From a virus (taxonomy: Duplodnaviria; Caudoviricetes): 24,909 nucleotides of DNA. The notes beneath the pieces were generated by a model. It did no database searches. It was given only the letters and a program-made list of their open reading frames with translations, and had not been told where the DNA came from. A program made the translations under genes and the position numbers. Position 1 is the first letter of the stretch. Each line of letters starts with the position of its first letter. This document shows positions 1-8,794 of this stretch, piece after piece. The stretch is from positions 1 through 24,909 of the IMG/VR virus record IMGVR_UViG_3300037467_001292; one strand, written 5' to 3'.

Positions 1-811
1 CAGATGTCTTATCAGTAGGCAATCGTTGAACAAGTAGTCTATATAAATCCATTTTGTCTTTAGACTTATCAATTTCTTTATATTCCTTTAAGTTAATTAA
101 TTCGGGGAATACAGCAGAAAACATAGGAGTCTGATTGTCAGTTAATTTATGACAACGAGCAAATGTAGGATTTAACATTACCCAAAATGAGGAATTACCC
201 TTCTTGTAGTCGATATATAACTCGAAGAATTCAGGAGGGAATGAATTAAATAAATCAATCTTCTGTTCAGTATCTTTATATTGGTCAAAGAATCGTAAAT
301 CAAATTCAACTGCATGAATACCATTAATCTTAAAGTTTGAACGACAATATTTATAAGGTAATTGTTGTAGTGTAATTTTGTTACCTAATTGTCTTTCATA
401 TCCAAAGAAGATACCATCGATCAAAATAGTATAAGCAATAAATCTTGATTGTTCTAAGATATAAGCATTATCTGTATAGTCTAATACTTTTTGATAATTC
501 TTCTGAAATGCACTATCAAACTTTTCACCATTTGTTCTAGGTATGACTAGATAATCAAAGGTAAGTAAGTTCATATAGTGATGAACAATTCGTCTGTATT
601 CTCCACTTACGTTATAGAAGTATCGAGATACATCACGTAGAGCAGTACGATTTTCAGATTCGAGGAATCGAAGTATTTGTTCTTTTGTATATTTCATTTT
701 AGATGAATCAACTTTGTAATTGATAGAAAAAATTCCTTGTGATAGCTGTTCAAATTGAATTGTATCTCTATCTAGATGAGATAGGGGAGAGGGGGATTGA
801 TTTTCAGGCAA
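1..811 (-). CDS. Phage portal protein, N-terminal part (SPbeta YonE-like); runs off the window edge
   Basis: AAGGAGGTG RBS then TTG at 811. Reads MPENQSPSPL...LRDVSRYFYNVSGEYRRIV..., a segment typical of SPbeta-like portals. Lies directly downstream of the terminase large subunit. Confidence 0.75.
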   Translation of the reverse strand, partial: MPENQSPSPLSHLDRDTIQFEQLSQGIFSINYKVDSSKMKYTKEQILRFLESENRTALRDVSRYFYNVSGEYRRIVHHYMNLLTFDYLVIPRTNGEKFDSAFQKNYQKVLDYTDNAYILEQSRFIAYTILIDGIFFGYERQLGNKITLQQLPYKYCRSNFKINGIHAVEFDLRFFDQYKDTEQKIDLFNSFPPEFFELYIDYKKGNSSFWVMLNPTFARCHKLTDNQTPMFSAVFPELINLKEYKEIDKSKDKMDLYRLLVQRLPTDKTS

Positions 812-831
812 TGTGACACCTCCTTATTATG

Positions 832-2565
832 TTAGTTGTGGAACATGTATGCAGACATATCAAAGTCATTATCGATTTGTTTATCTTCAAATTCTTTAAT
901 GTACCATAATCCGTAAGCTATGGCAGAGTATCTATCCTTGTTTATTTTCTTTGTAACTTGTTCAATAGAATATTTACCACTAGGTAATTTTTTAAGTTTT
1001 AAATTTGCAATTTCTTCAAGTAATAAATCTGTTTGAATGAAAGGAAGGACTTCACTTTTAATGTAGTCTGCATCATTTACATCATAATCTTTATTATCAT
1101 TTTTCTGTAAGAGTTGAAGCTTTTGAGACTCAATCATATCGATAAAGTTGATAATAATATCAGTGTTAATACCTTGTGAATGTAAATCATATACAAGTTT
1201 ATCTGCACCTCTAATTTCAGGTTCTTTATCATTATTCATAGTGTCCCAACAGTCTAATGTTTCACCATTTAAAGGATCAATTTGCTCTTTTAGACATTCA
1301 TCAACAATAGCCGAACCTAAACCGTTACCATCAATTATGATACGTTTAGGATTGAATATTTTAGCGATACGTTTTAATTCAATTGTTTGGCCAGTGAAGT
1401 TTAATCCATTAGGTAAGTTAATTAAATTAACAACTTTGATTTGTTTAATTTTGTTTGTTTTGCTACGAATAATTCTTAACACTGCGATAGATGATTGGTT
1501 ATTTGAATCTTTCTCTGAACGAGCAACGTCCATACTTAAAACGTATTCACCATTTTTAGCAGCTTTAGTTTCAACTGAAGTAAGTGTACGTAAATCCATT
1601 ACCTTGTTAATACTTACTAAACTACCATCTGTAGCTCCAGTCCAACGAGATTCATAGTTCATCGCGAAGAAGGTAGGGGATAATTTAGCTTTCTTATCTA
1701 ATAGTTGAGATCGAGTTTCACCACGACCATATGAACAAGCAAGTTGCCAATCTGAACCCAATACAATATTACCTTTTAATTCAGCCATATTATCAATCAT
1801 GTGCAAGTTACGTTCGAATTCATCTGAACCTCTAAACCATGAAGTTGTAAAGAAGGAAATTTGACCGTTGAGCTCGTGAGGATCAATTAATGCTTGTTTA
1901 CCAATTGTTCTACGAGGAACGTTTACAATAGGCTCTAGTACATCCTCAAATAGTGCAGCATTGATTTGAGCAGCCTCTTCTACACTTAGACGTTTTCTAC
2001 GTGCGCCTTTACTTGATTGAGCATTGGCCATTACATCAATTCGTGCTCCAGATGTAAAAATAACTTCAACTGTATCTTTTGTATTTGAATATTTTGTTAT
2101 TTCATTTGCCATAAGGGGATAAAATTTTAATATTTCACGATGTTTTTCATCTACAAGTTTAGCAGCATTTTCTCTTGTTTGAGCAGTCATTGTTAATTCG
2201 ATGTCAGGGAAGAAGATGGCAGTATGATACATTCCCATTATCTCTAGCAATGTCTTACCATACCCACGAGGAAATACTCCATAGTTGGTAATAAATCTAG
2301 CTAGACAACGAAGGAATACACGTTGATCTAAATCTAAACGAATACCACCAGTTTCAGGCGTAATCAAATCCCAAAATAAATCAGGATTCCAACGCCCCCA
2401 AGAAACGAAGTCAATATACTTATCTAGATTCTTAGTGAAATTATCTACTTCAGCCATTCCTTTTGCATTAACAGTAGGATTAAAATCAGCTTCATAAATA
2501 TTCGTTCTACTGCTACTATTTGAATGTTTGGCATTGTTCGATTGGAAATTATTATAATTCGCCAT
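832..2565 (-). CDS. terL: Terminase large subunit (577 aa)
   Basis: Walker A PRGYGKT, Walker B RLSVEEA, RNase H-like nuclease motifs VLSMDVA, IDGNGLG and KDRYSA. Start revised to ATG 2565 (GCAGGTGG RBS), overlapping the end of the upstream gene. Confidence 0.92.
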   Translation of the reverse strand: MANYNNFQSNNAKHSNSSSRTNIYEADFNPTVNAKGMAEVDNFTKNLDKYIDFVSWGRWNPDLFWDLITPETGGIRLDLDQRVFLRCLARFITNYGVFPRGYGKTLLEIMGMYHTAIFFPDIELTMTAQTRENAAKLVDEKHREILKFYPLMANEITKYSNTKDTVEVIFTSGARIDVMANAQSSKGARRKRLSVEEAAQINAALFEDVLEPIVNVPRRTIGKQALIDPHELNGQISFFTTSWFRGSDEFERNLHMIDNMAELKGNIVLGSDWQLACSYGRGETRSQLLDKKAKLSPTFFAMNYESRWTGATDGSLVSINKVMDLRTLTSVETKAAKNGEYVLSMDVARSEKDSNNQSSIAVLRIIRSKTNKIKQIKVVNLINLPNGLNFTGQTIELKRIAKIFNPKRIIIDGNGLGSAIVDECLKEQIDPLNGETLDCWDTMNNDKEPEIRGADKLVYDLHSQGINTDIIINFIDMIESQKLQLLQKNDNKDYDVNDADYIKSEVLPFIQTDLLLEEIANLKLKKLPSGKYSIEQVTKKINKDRYSAIAYGLWYIKEFEDKQIDNDFDMSAYMFHN

Positions 2566-3499
2566 CGAAACCACCTGCCGAATTTTCAAAGTCCTTTTTA
2601 CGTTGGTCATAGAAAGAATATATTTCATCATAAGTCGCATGTGGCAATCCTTTAAGATCGCGAACATAGTTAATGTAGCACCATAACGTGAAATCCACTT
2701 TATCTTGTGGTCTTTCTCTGAACTGAGGGAGGATATGAATAATATCCACTGCTTGCTCAACACTACGAACTAATTGACCAAATGTATCAAGGCCATCAGA
2801 TAAATCTGATTTACTTAATTGAGAAGGATTAATTTTAGCATCTTGTGCTGCTTTCTGAGCTAATGAACCCCAATCTTTAGCTTCACGAATATTTCCCTGT
2901 GCAGTTGCTAACTCTGATTTAACCTGGAATCTTATGTAAGTTAATAATGCTTCAGTATGCATTGCTGTTTTTTCTTGATAGTTATTCTTCAGCATATTGT
3001 ATTTCTTTTCAAATAGTCTGTATTCAATAGGAAGATATCCTTCTCCAAACTTATCAATTAAATGAGGGGAGATAGTGTCTTCTTGTTTAGTTTCCTCTTT
3101 AACTTCTTCTTGGAATATTGCGCTTGGATCATTGAAATCTGAATCTTGCCATGTATATTCTCGATTTTTAACCATTAAAATTCTCATGTATATTCCAAAT
3201 ACATCTTTATTCGTGTTACGACACTCTTGTAAAGCAGTATCCCAAATGTCATATAAAAAAGGTCTGTTAAGCTCAATTAACACACTTTTAACCTTATCTA
3301 TTGTTGCTTTACTATTGTAATCAGTATTTGAATCAAATTGTAAATTTTCTTTCAAGCATACGTTACACACAGGATGTTTATCGTAGTTCGGTGAATTAGA
3401 TAGATAAAAACCTGATAGCGCCTTATCTTTTTTACACTTTACGCATTTCTTTTTTTCTACTGGCTTATTTTTATTTGCAGTGTTTATTTTAATCGCCAT
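2552..3499 (-). CDS. Putative terminase small subunit with N-terminal Zn ribbon (SPbeta YonG-like position)
   Basis: CxxC...CxxC N-terminus, AAAGGAGA RBS, immediately upstream of and overlapping terL. Confidence 0.6.
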   Translation of the reverse strand: MAIKINTANKNKPVEKKKCVKCKKDKALSGFYLSNSPNYDKHPVCNVCLKENLQFDSNTDYNSKATIDKVKSVLIELNRPFLYDIWDTALQECRNTNKDVFGIYMRILMVKNREYTWQDSDFNDPSAIFQEEVKEETKQEDTISPHLIDKFGEGYLPIEYRLFEKKYNMLKNNYQEKTAMHTEALLTYIRFQVKSELATAQGNIREAKDWGSLAQKAAQDAKINPSQLSKSDLSDGLDTFGQLVRSVEQAVDIIHILPQFRERPQDKVDFTLWCYINYVRDLKGLPHATYDEIYSFYDQRKKDFENSAGGFDGEL

Positions 3500-3513
3500 A
3501 ATATCTCCTTTCT

Positions 3514-3749
3514 AAAAAGGAACTTTATAGCATTATCAAAGTTTATTTGATAACACTTAAAATACCTATTTGTATAATTAAATTTTTGTATCCACTAACA
3601 AAAGGACTTTATGATACTAACCGGAGGGAGAAGCCGATTAGCATCTAAAATACTTTGGGAGAGGAGAAGAGAGAAGGAAAATGAAATATAAGGGTAACGA
3701 ACCCTTAATACAGCACCCAATAAATATCAGATGCTGCTTAAATGTTCGT
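3514..3749 (-). repeat. Three tandem bulged-A RNA hairpins (3514-3571, 3601-3656, 3698-3748)
   Basis: Each has a 12-bp inner stem with G-U pairs on the minus strand, one bulged A, a 4-bp A/U stem, a U-G pair and an outer stem. Confidence 0.7.
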
Positions 3750-3769
3750 GTTTATGTATATTTTGCTTA

Positions 3770-4126
3770 TTATAATTCATACTTTTCTTGAGCAGCTTGC
3801 TTATTCTTAGCAATCTCAACATTCATGTCCTTGTTGATATTAGCAACTTGAATATTGTGAGCAATAGAATCACGACTTAATAAGTAATCTAGTACAAATG
3901 ATTCTGAAACTCCTGTATTAAGTAAAGCAGTTACGACACCAGCTAAGTGTGAAGTATCATGAATACCTTTTGTAAATTGATCAATATCGTAGTCTTGCAT
4001 GTCGATCATTATTTTAGGAAGGTTATCATTCTCCTCCGAACCACCCATACTGCTAATTAATTCTTCAAGTTGCTCAGTATCAATACCTTCAACTTCTACA
4101 TCTTCGTGTTTGTTTTGTTCAGTCAT
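3770..4126 (-). CDS. Hypothetical acidic protein
   Basis: 118-aa ORF with AGGAGG-like RBS (TAGGAGGCG), co-oriented with the operon. Confidence 0.8.
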   Translation of the reverse strand: MTEQNKHEDVEVEGIDTEQLEELISSMGGSEENDNLPKIMIDMQDYDIDQFTKGIHDTSHLAGVVTALLNTGVSESFVLDYLLSRDSIAHNIQVANINKDMNVEIAKNKQAAQEKYEL

Positions 4127-4137
4127 GATAACGCCTC

Positions 4138-4722
4138 CTATATAATAGTATCGATTACTCCAAGTTTAAGTGCTTCTTCAGACCACATAAACCAGTCATA
4201 TTTTCTTAGTTTAATATCTTCTAGTTGTGCATCAGTAATATCTGTGTACTTGATAATCAATTCTTTTAAACGATTCCATAATACAGTAGTCTCTTCAAGC
4301 GATTCTTCCATTTCTTGCAACGTTCCCCATGTACCGGAATTTGGTTGATGACACATTACACGAGAATGTCTTAACCCTCTCCGTTCAGATCCAACTAACA
4401 AGATCATGAATCCCATTGACATAGCTACAGAATTAACTGTAGTGATAATTTTATACCCTTTGTCACGCAACGATAAGATCTTTGAAATTAACGCTAATCC
4501 ATGATAAATGTATCCACCATATGAATCTATGATTATCTCGATGTCTTTTTTAACTTCATCACGTTTGTCTAATTCCTCAAGTCTGTCTAATAGGTAACAA
4601 GCCTTAAACATTGATTCTCTATCGACTTCTTCTGAAATGAAAATGCGTCTGTCTCTTAACGCTGAGTTAATTTTCATTTCCTCTGCGAATCTGTCAACTG
4701 GCACAAAATGTTGCATTGTCAT
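4138..4722 (-). CDS. clpP: ClpP-like serine protease
   Basis: IDSYGG, AMSMG (catalytic Ser), MCHQP (His), YDWFMWSEEALKLGVID (Asp); AAGGAGG RBS. Confidence 0.9.
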   Translation of the reverse strand: MTMQHFVPVDRFAEEMKINSALRDRRIFISEEVDRESMFKACYLLDRLEELDKRDEVKKDIEIIIDSYGGYIYHGLALISKILSLRDKGYKIITTVNSVAMSMGFMILLVGSERRGLRHSRVMCHQPNSGTWGTLQEMEESLEETTVLWNRLKELIIKYTDITDAQLEDIKLRKYDWFMWSEEALKLGVIDTII

Positions 4723-4754
4723 TGCGTAACCCTCCTTTAACTCGTAATGCTTAT

Positions 4755-5021
4755 TTAATCACAGTCACATTCATCATCACAGCAATTATCCAAATGATGA
4801 AGTAATTCCGTATTATGTCTAATTTGTTGTTGCAATAGTTGTTTCATTCCAAGATCTTGAGCATCAATAATCAACCTATTGACCGTATCAACCAATTTAT
4901 CTACTGTATCTGCATCGGATATTTCCATGCAATATCGATAGGCCATTTTGCAAGTATCACAATCACATGATTCACCATCACTGTTTTTAAACTTATTAAA
5001 TGGTAGAATATTATCTTCCAT
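4755..5021 (-). CDS. Small acidic Cys-rich hypothetical protein
   Basis: 88 aa, CDCDTC and terminal CCDDECDCD; AAGGAG RBS. Confidence 0.75.
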   Translation of the reverse strand: MEDNILPFNKFKNSDGESCDCDTCKMAYRYCMEISDADTVDKLVDTVNRLIIDAQDLGMKQLLQQQIRHNTELLHHLDNCCDDECDCD

Positions 5022-5033
5022 TAAATCGCTCCT

Positions 5034-6212
5034 TTAATTCAGCTTAATGTTATAAGAACACTCTAAACCATCTTCGTTGTAGATTAAAAACTTCTGCGCT
5101 GGTTTAGAACCGTATCGACCTTGCATAGCATAGTCATCATTGCCTACTAAAGATGAATTAACTATTACAGTAGTTTTTCCATGCTCTTTTTCAAAATGGT
5201 GGTGTATATGGCCACTAAAAATGAAAGAGGGGATGACACCAGTTAGTTGTGGGATCTTAGTGACTGATTGATCTGGTCTGTCATAATGTCCATGTGTAAA
5301 TACAACATCTTCATTAATGATTTTACCGATAATAAACCCATCTTGCTCATTTGTGATTTCGATATTATCAAAGTCTCTTAATCTAGCTTCTAAATACCAA
5401 GGAATTAAATACTCAAAGTTTTCCTTAATCCCAACATCGTTTTTAGAAGGGGAAGTACGACCATGATTTCCTGCAACATTATAATATTTAATTTTAGGAA
5501 ATTCATTCGCTAATGTACCTAATACTTCAGCAAGTGTTTCAGATACATATTTAGTTTGTTCAACTACATCCTCATTAGCTTGAACTCTTGTTGATACATG
5601 AATTAATCCACCGATTAAATCACCAAGATTTGCAACATGAAGAGTAGAGATATTATGTAATTTTCCATACTCAATTGTCTTAGTTAATAATTTTTGTACA
5701 CGCTCATTGAATATTTGTTTATTGAATTTGTTTGAATAATTATCAATCTCCATACCAAAGTGCCAATCTGACCATAATGCTAATCCTTCTTTTTCTGAAC
5801 CGATATGAGTAGTAGGGGAGGAGACGATAGATTTCTTTTTCTCTAAGTGTAATACAGCTTTATAAATATCATCTTTAATCGCTTCAAAACGAGCTTGATT
5901 ACGAATTAACTTTTTGTATTCACGTTTCTGATCTTGATTACGAATCTTTTCTTTTTCAGATTCAATTCTTATAGTTTCATATTTATCAACGATTTCATCG
6001 TCTAAGTTTTTACTAATAATATAATCTTGCCATTTTACATAAGCAGCATAATCTTTACGCCATTTGCTTTCAGAATAGGAAGTGCCGTATTCTTTATTAA
6101 GCAATTCAGCAATTTCGTATGTATCGATATCATAAGTTTCTTTGTTAGCAAATAGTCTTACATGATAATCAAGAAAACTCTCGTCTTTTTCTCTTAAAAT
6201 AGGATTCATCAT
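5034..6212 (-). CDS. Calcineurin-like metallophosphoesterase with N-terminal helical/coiled-coil region (SPbeta YonJ-like)
   Basis: SDWH, LGDL, GNHGR, HGH and GHIHH metallophosphoesterase motifs in canonical order. Confidence 0.85.
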   Translation of the reverse strand: MMNPILREKDESFLDYHVRLFANKETYDIDTYEIAELLNKEYGTSYSESKWRKDYAAYVKWQDYIISKNLDDEIVDKYETIRIESEKEKIRNQDQKREYKKLIRNQARFEAIKDDIYKAVLHLEKKKSIVSSPTTHIGSEKEGLALWSDWHFGMEIDNYSNKFNKQIFNERVQKLLTKTIEYGKLHNISTLHVANLGDLIGGLIHVSTRVQANEDVVEQTKYVSETLAEVLGTLANEFPKIKYYNVAGNHGRTSPSKNDVGIKENFEYLIPWYLEARLRDFDNIEITNEQDGFIIGKIINEDVVFTHGHYDRPDQSVTKIPQLTGVIPSFIFSGHIHHHFEKEHGKTTVIVNSSLVGNDDYAMQGRYGSKPAQKFLIYNEDGLECSYNIKLN

Positions 6213-6215
6213 AGA

Positions 6216-6413
6216 TTAGTCCTCTTCGACTGGTTCTTTTTCAGACGTTTCAGAAATACTAATATCAACAAATTTATTGTCGCCTACGAATTGAGCTAAC
6301 TCATCCATTAAGCGATAAACCTTTACATCATCTTTTGTAAATTCTGTGATCGTGCCTTCTTCTAAATCTATTTGCGCTTTCTTAAATGAAATATTAACTT
6401 TACGTGTAGCCAT
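6216..6413 (-). CDS. yonK: YonK-family protein
   Basis: 65 aa; pattern (IDLEEGTITEFTKD...VDISISE) and position upstream of a YonJ-like gene recall SPbeta YonK; AAGGAGG RBS. Confidence 0.7.
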   Translation of the reverse strand: MATRKVNISFKKAQIDLEEGTITEFTKDDVKVYRLMDELAQFVGDNKFVDISISETSEKEPVEED

Positions 6414-6664
6414 CTCTATAAATCCTCCTTGTAATCTCGTATTATTTTCTACTTGTAACCATAAAACTCAAGCAGACTCCTCGAAAGGTAGTTTTACTAC
6501 TATGGATTTGGTAGTTGTGAGAGTAATTTAATTAGCTTAGTTTAATCCAAGCTGGTCGTACTGGTGGATAGCGATACTGCACGTTTTCTAGGATATTCTT
6601 TTCACACTATTACAAGTGCCTGCCTAGTCAGGTCTCCATGCTATCCGAGGAGAAGTTTGGTAAT

Positions 6665-6737
6665 TGGTGTGCATCTGTAGGATTTGAACCCACTAAGTAG
6701 CAGAGCCATATCGAATACTACCCGTCCGTTACGCACA
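6665..6737 (-). ncRNA. tRNA-like element A (73 nt, encoded CCA, non-canonical D/anticodon region)
   Basis: UGUGCGU/AUGCACA acceptor-like stem followed by CCA; T-arm GUGGG-UUCAAAU-CCUAC; short AACGGACG loop; 7-bp arm GGUAGUA/UGCUACU with a 13-nt loop. Confidence 0.65.
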
Positions 6738-6882
6738 TAATAAAAAGGGATAATTTTTTAACGTTTCTGCTAATCCCTTAAAGCAACGTTTGAGAATCAG
6801 CGTTCCCACACACCTATCTCAATTTCCCATTTCTTTACAAGAGAGTGGTCGGTTAATTACATCAAAATACGTTTACGATAAG

Positions 6883-6977
6883 TGTACGTTGTGGATTCGA
6901 ACCACTTAACAAGTCCTAGCTAAAGTCACATAGCTACTATCCCTAATTGGTAAACTTGTTGATAGCCTTCACGCACA
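6883..6977 (-). ncRNA. tRNA-like element B (95 nt, no encoded CCA, extended arm in place of the anticodon arm)
   Basis: UGUGCGU/ACGUACA stem; T-arm GUGG-UUCGAAU-CCAC; GAAGGCUA loop; AACAAGU/ACUUGUU helix enclosing a UAGCUA/UAGCUA hairpin. Confidence 0.6.
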
Positions 6978-6978
6978 T

Positions 6979-7010
6979 AATAAAATACCCTAGCCGAAAA
7001 TGACTAGGGT
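6979..7010 (-). terminator. Rho-independent terminator-like hairpin downstream of phoH
   Basis: ACCCUAGUC-AUUUUC-GGCUAGGGU followed by AUUUUAUU. Confidence 0.5.
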
Positions 7011-7115
7011 CGGTTTGCTTACGACTTGGTAAGCTAAGTTCTTGCTGCTCTTATCGAGCGATCTAGTGAAACAATCTTGCGCCTCTTAACGAGGATAGCG
7101 TTTAGTTATGATTAT

Positions 7116-8375
7116 TTAAATCAATTCTGCCAAACTTGCAATTTCTGATCTTTCAGTTTTGTCAAAAGTTACAACTCCGAATAATTTATTCCCTTTTAAC
7201 TTTTTAAGAGCGTTAATTGAACTATTCGACTTAAATGACTCTTTATCAACTTGTTTGATGTCTCCATTTAAGTAAAGAGTTGAATTTTTACCAATCCTAG
7301 AAAGAATCATTCTAGCGTGATCTGCTGACATATTTTGAATTTCTGTACAGTAAACTCCGCAATTTGTGTAACTTCTGCCACGAATAGATTCAAAATGTTG
7401 AATTTCAATTTTACCTTTTTCAACTAACATCCTAAATCCATCTTCGCCACCTAAAGCATCAATAAAAGGAGCTGCCCAGTTGACCATTTTTTCATATAGT
7501 GTTCCAGGTAAGTATCCTGTTTGACCAGCATCTTTTAATCCTGTTAAATTTCGAATGAAGACAATTTTATCGATCTCTTCTTTTTGTAGAGATTGCATTA
7601 AATGAGCAACCATTGTGTAATCTTTACCTGTTCCTTGATTACCAAGCAATAATTTAACTCCAACATTTTTATTTTGAAGTAAATCAAATGCCATTTGTTG
7701 CTTAACATTTAAAGGCTTAGTCTTACCCATGAACATATCTTCAGTTGGTTTAAATTTAAGCTTTACTAATTTCTCACCATCAAATCTGAATGTATCAATT
7801 GGCTCATATCCATTAGGTTTACCAGTTACTTCGCTATATGTAGGTTTAGATTTGTCCCAAATTGCTAAGTATTCATTCTCAACCATTTCAAATTGATCAG
7901 TATTTCCATTTTGATAAATATAAGCTAATGCTAATTGGCTTTCGGTTGAATCATCAACGTATAGGTCTCTAATTCCGGTGTATTTGGAATTATCATCAAT
8001 CGTTTGATTATCTAAGTCAATAACTTCAAGACCAAATCCTTTAGCTTTATATGTAAGTAATACATCACTAGAAATTACACCATAACCATTTTTAACACAT
8101 GCTGCAAGAATATTATTGTCTTGGTATGCATCATCATAATCTTGACCCAATTCGAATCCATTATAATCTTTAGCATCGAATACGAATTTGCCTGTGTTAT
8201 TTTTAATGTATCTAACTGCTTTTCTAGCTTGAAATGCTAATTCTTCTTTATCTTTATTTGACTTGTGTTTATCAAGTTCTCTAAGAGTATGACTAAGTAG
8301 CACAATTTTATATTCGTTTAAATTTTCAATTTGATCTAGTAAAATATTAGTATCAGCAACATATAAATTACTCAT
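7116..8375 (-). CDS. phoH: PIN domain + PhoH ATPase (PhoH2/YlaK-like)
   Basis: N-terminal PIN (YVADTNILL...ELD...DNNIL...SSD), Walker A GNQGTGKD, GYLPG, IRGRSY, SRIG, GDIKQVD. Confidence 0.9.
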   Translation of the reverse strand: MSNLYVADTNILLDQIENLNEYKIVLLSHTLRELDKHKSNKDKEELAFQARKAVRYIKNNTGKFVFDAKDYNGFELGQDYDDAYQDNNILAACVKNGYGVISSDVLLTYKAKGFGLEVIDLDNQTIDDNSKYTGIRDLYVDDSTESQLALAYIYQNGNTDQFEMVENEYLAIWDKSKPTYSEVTGKPNGYEPIDTFRFDGEKLVKLKFKPTEDMFMGKTKPLNVKQQMAFDLLQNKNVGVKLLLGNQGTGKDYTMVAHLMQSLQKEEIDKIVFIRNLTGLKDAGQTGYLPGTLYEKMVNWAAPFIDALGGEDGFRMLVEKGKIEIQHFESIRGRSYTNCGVYCTEIQNMSADHARMILSRIGKNSTLYLNGDIKQVDKESFKSNSSINALKKLKGNKLFGVVTFDKTERSEIASLAELI

Positions 8376-8518
8376 ATTTGATCCCCTTTTTATTTAATAT
8401 TTTTTTATTTCAGTAGAGGAGAAGAAGCGAGGGGATGTTACTTCTCTTAACAATTGATATTTGGGGGAGTGGAGAGAGGAAAACCCTCTCACACTGTTTA
8501 TGTATTTGTATAATTTAC

Positions 8519-8794
8519 TTATTTATTTACAGATTCTTTGATAAGTTTAGATGGCTTAAATTTAACACCAGTCTTAGCCGGCACTGCAACTTCTTCACCA
8601 GTTTTAGGATTACGAGCTGTACGAGCAGGTTTATCAACCTTAGTTAATTTACCTAAAGAGCCTAGTGATACTTCATCATGTGTCTCAATACCTTCTAATG
8701 CTGCTTCAAATACTGCGTCAACTACTGCCTTACCATCTTTAATTGAAACCTCTAATTTACTTGCTACTGCTCTTGCTAATGCATCTTTGTTCAT
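8519..8794 (-). CDS. hup: HU family histone-like DNA-binding protein (SPbeta YonN-like)
   Basis: MNKDAL...VSLGSLGKL...ARTARNPKTGEEVAVPA...KFKPSKLIKESVN; AAGGAGG RBS. Confidence 0.95.
   Translation of the reverse strand: MNKDALARAVASKLEVSIKDGKAVVDAVFEAALEGIETHDEVSLGSLGKLTKVDKPARTARNPKTGEEVAVPAKTGVKFKPSKLIKESVNK

Larger units (their letters stand above)
6445..7105 (-). ncRNA. Densely structured non-coding RNA region between phoH and yonK
   Basis: No credible ORF; many helices whose G-U pairs favour the minus strand, a UUCG tetraloop (6478-6487), a multi-helix domain closed by GGATAGC/GCTATCC (6566-6646), a pseudoknot and two T-arms. Confidence 0.6.

Noticed and set aside
2566-2763. N-terminal extension of the terL ORF
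   Set aside because: Overlaps the upstream gene by about 200 nt; a good RBS precedes ATG 2565.
6665-6737. Canonical tRNA gene call
   Set aside because: An alternative D-stem (CGGA/UUCG) is possible, but then the anticodon stem has two mismatches and there is no variable loop. No anticodon could be assigned.
6560-6790. Self-cleaving ribozymes (theta/HDV near UCCUCG, hammerhead near CUGACUAG, pistol at the pseudoknot)
   Set aside because: Required helices or core nucleotides are missing: no complete HDV P1/P2, no CUGANGA core, no pistol P2/P3.
6665-6977. tmRNA spanning both tRNA-like elements
   Set aside because: The CCA-bearing end lacks G3-U70, no tag ORF ending in AA/LAA was found, and each element closes its own acceptor stem.
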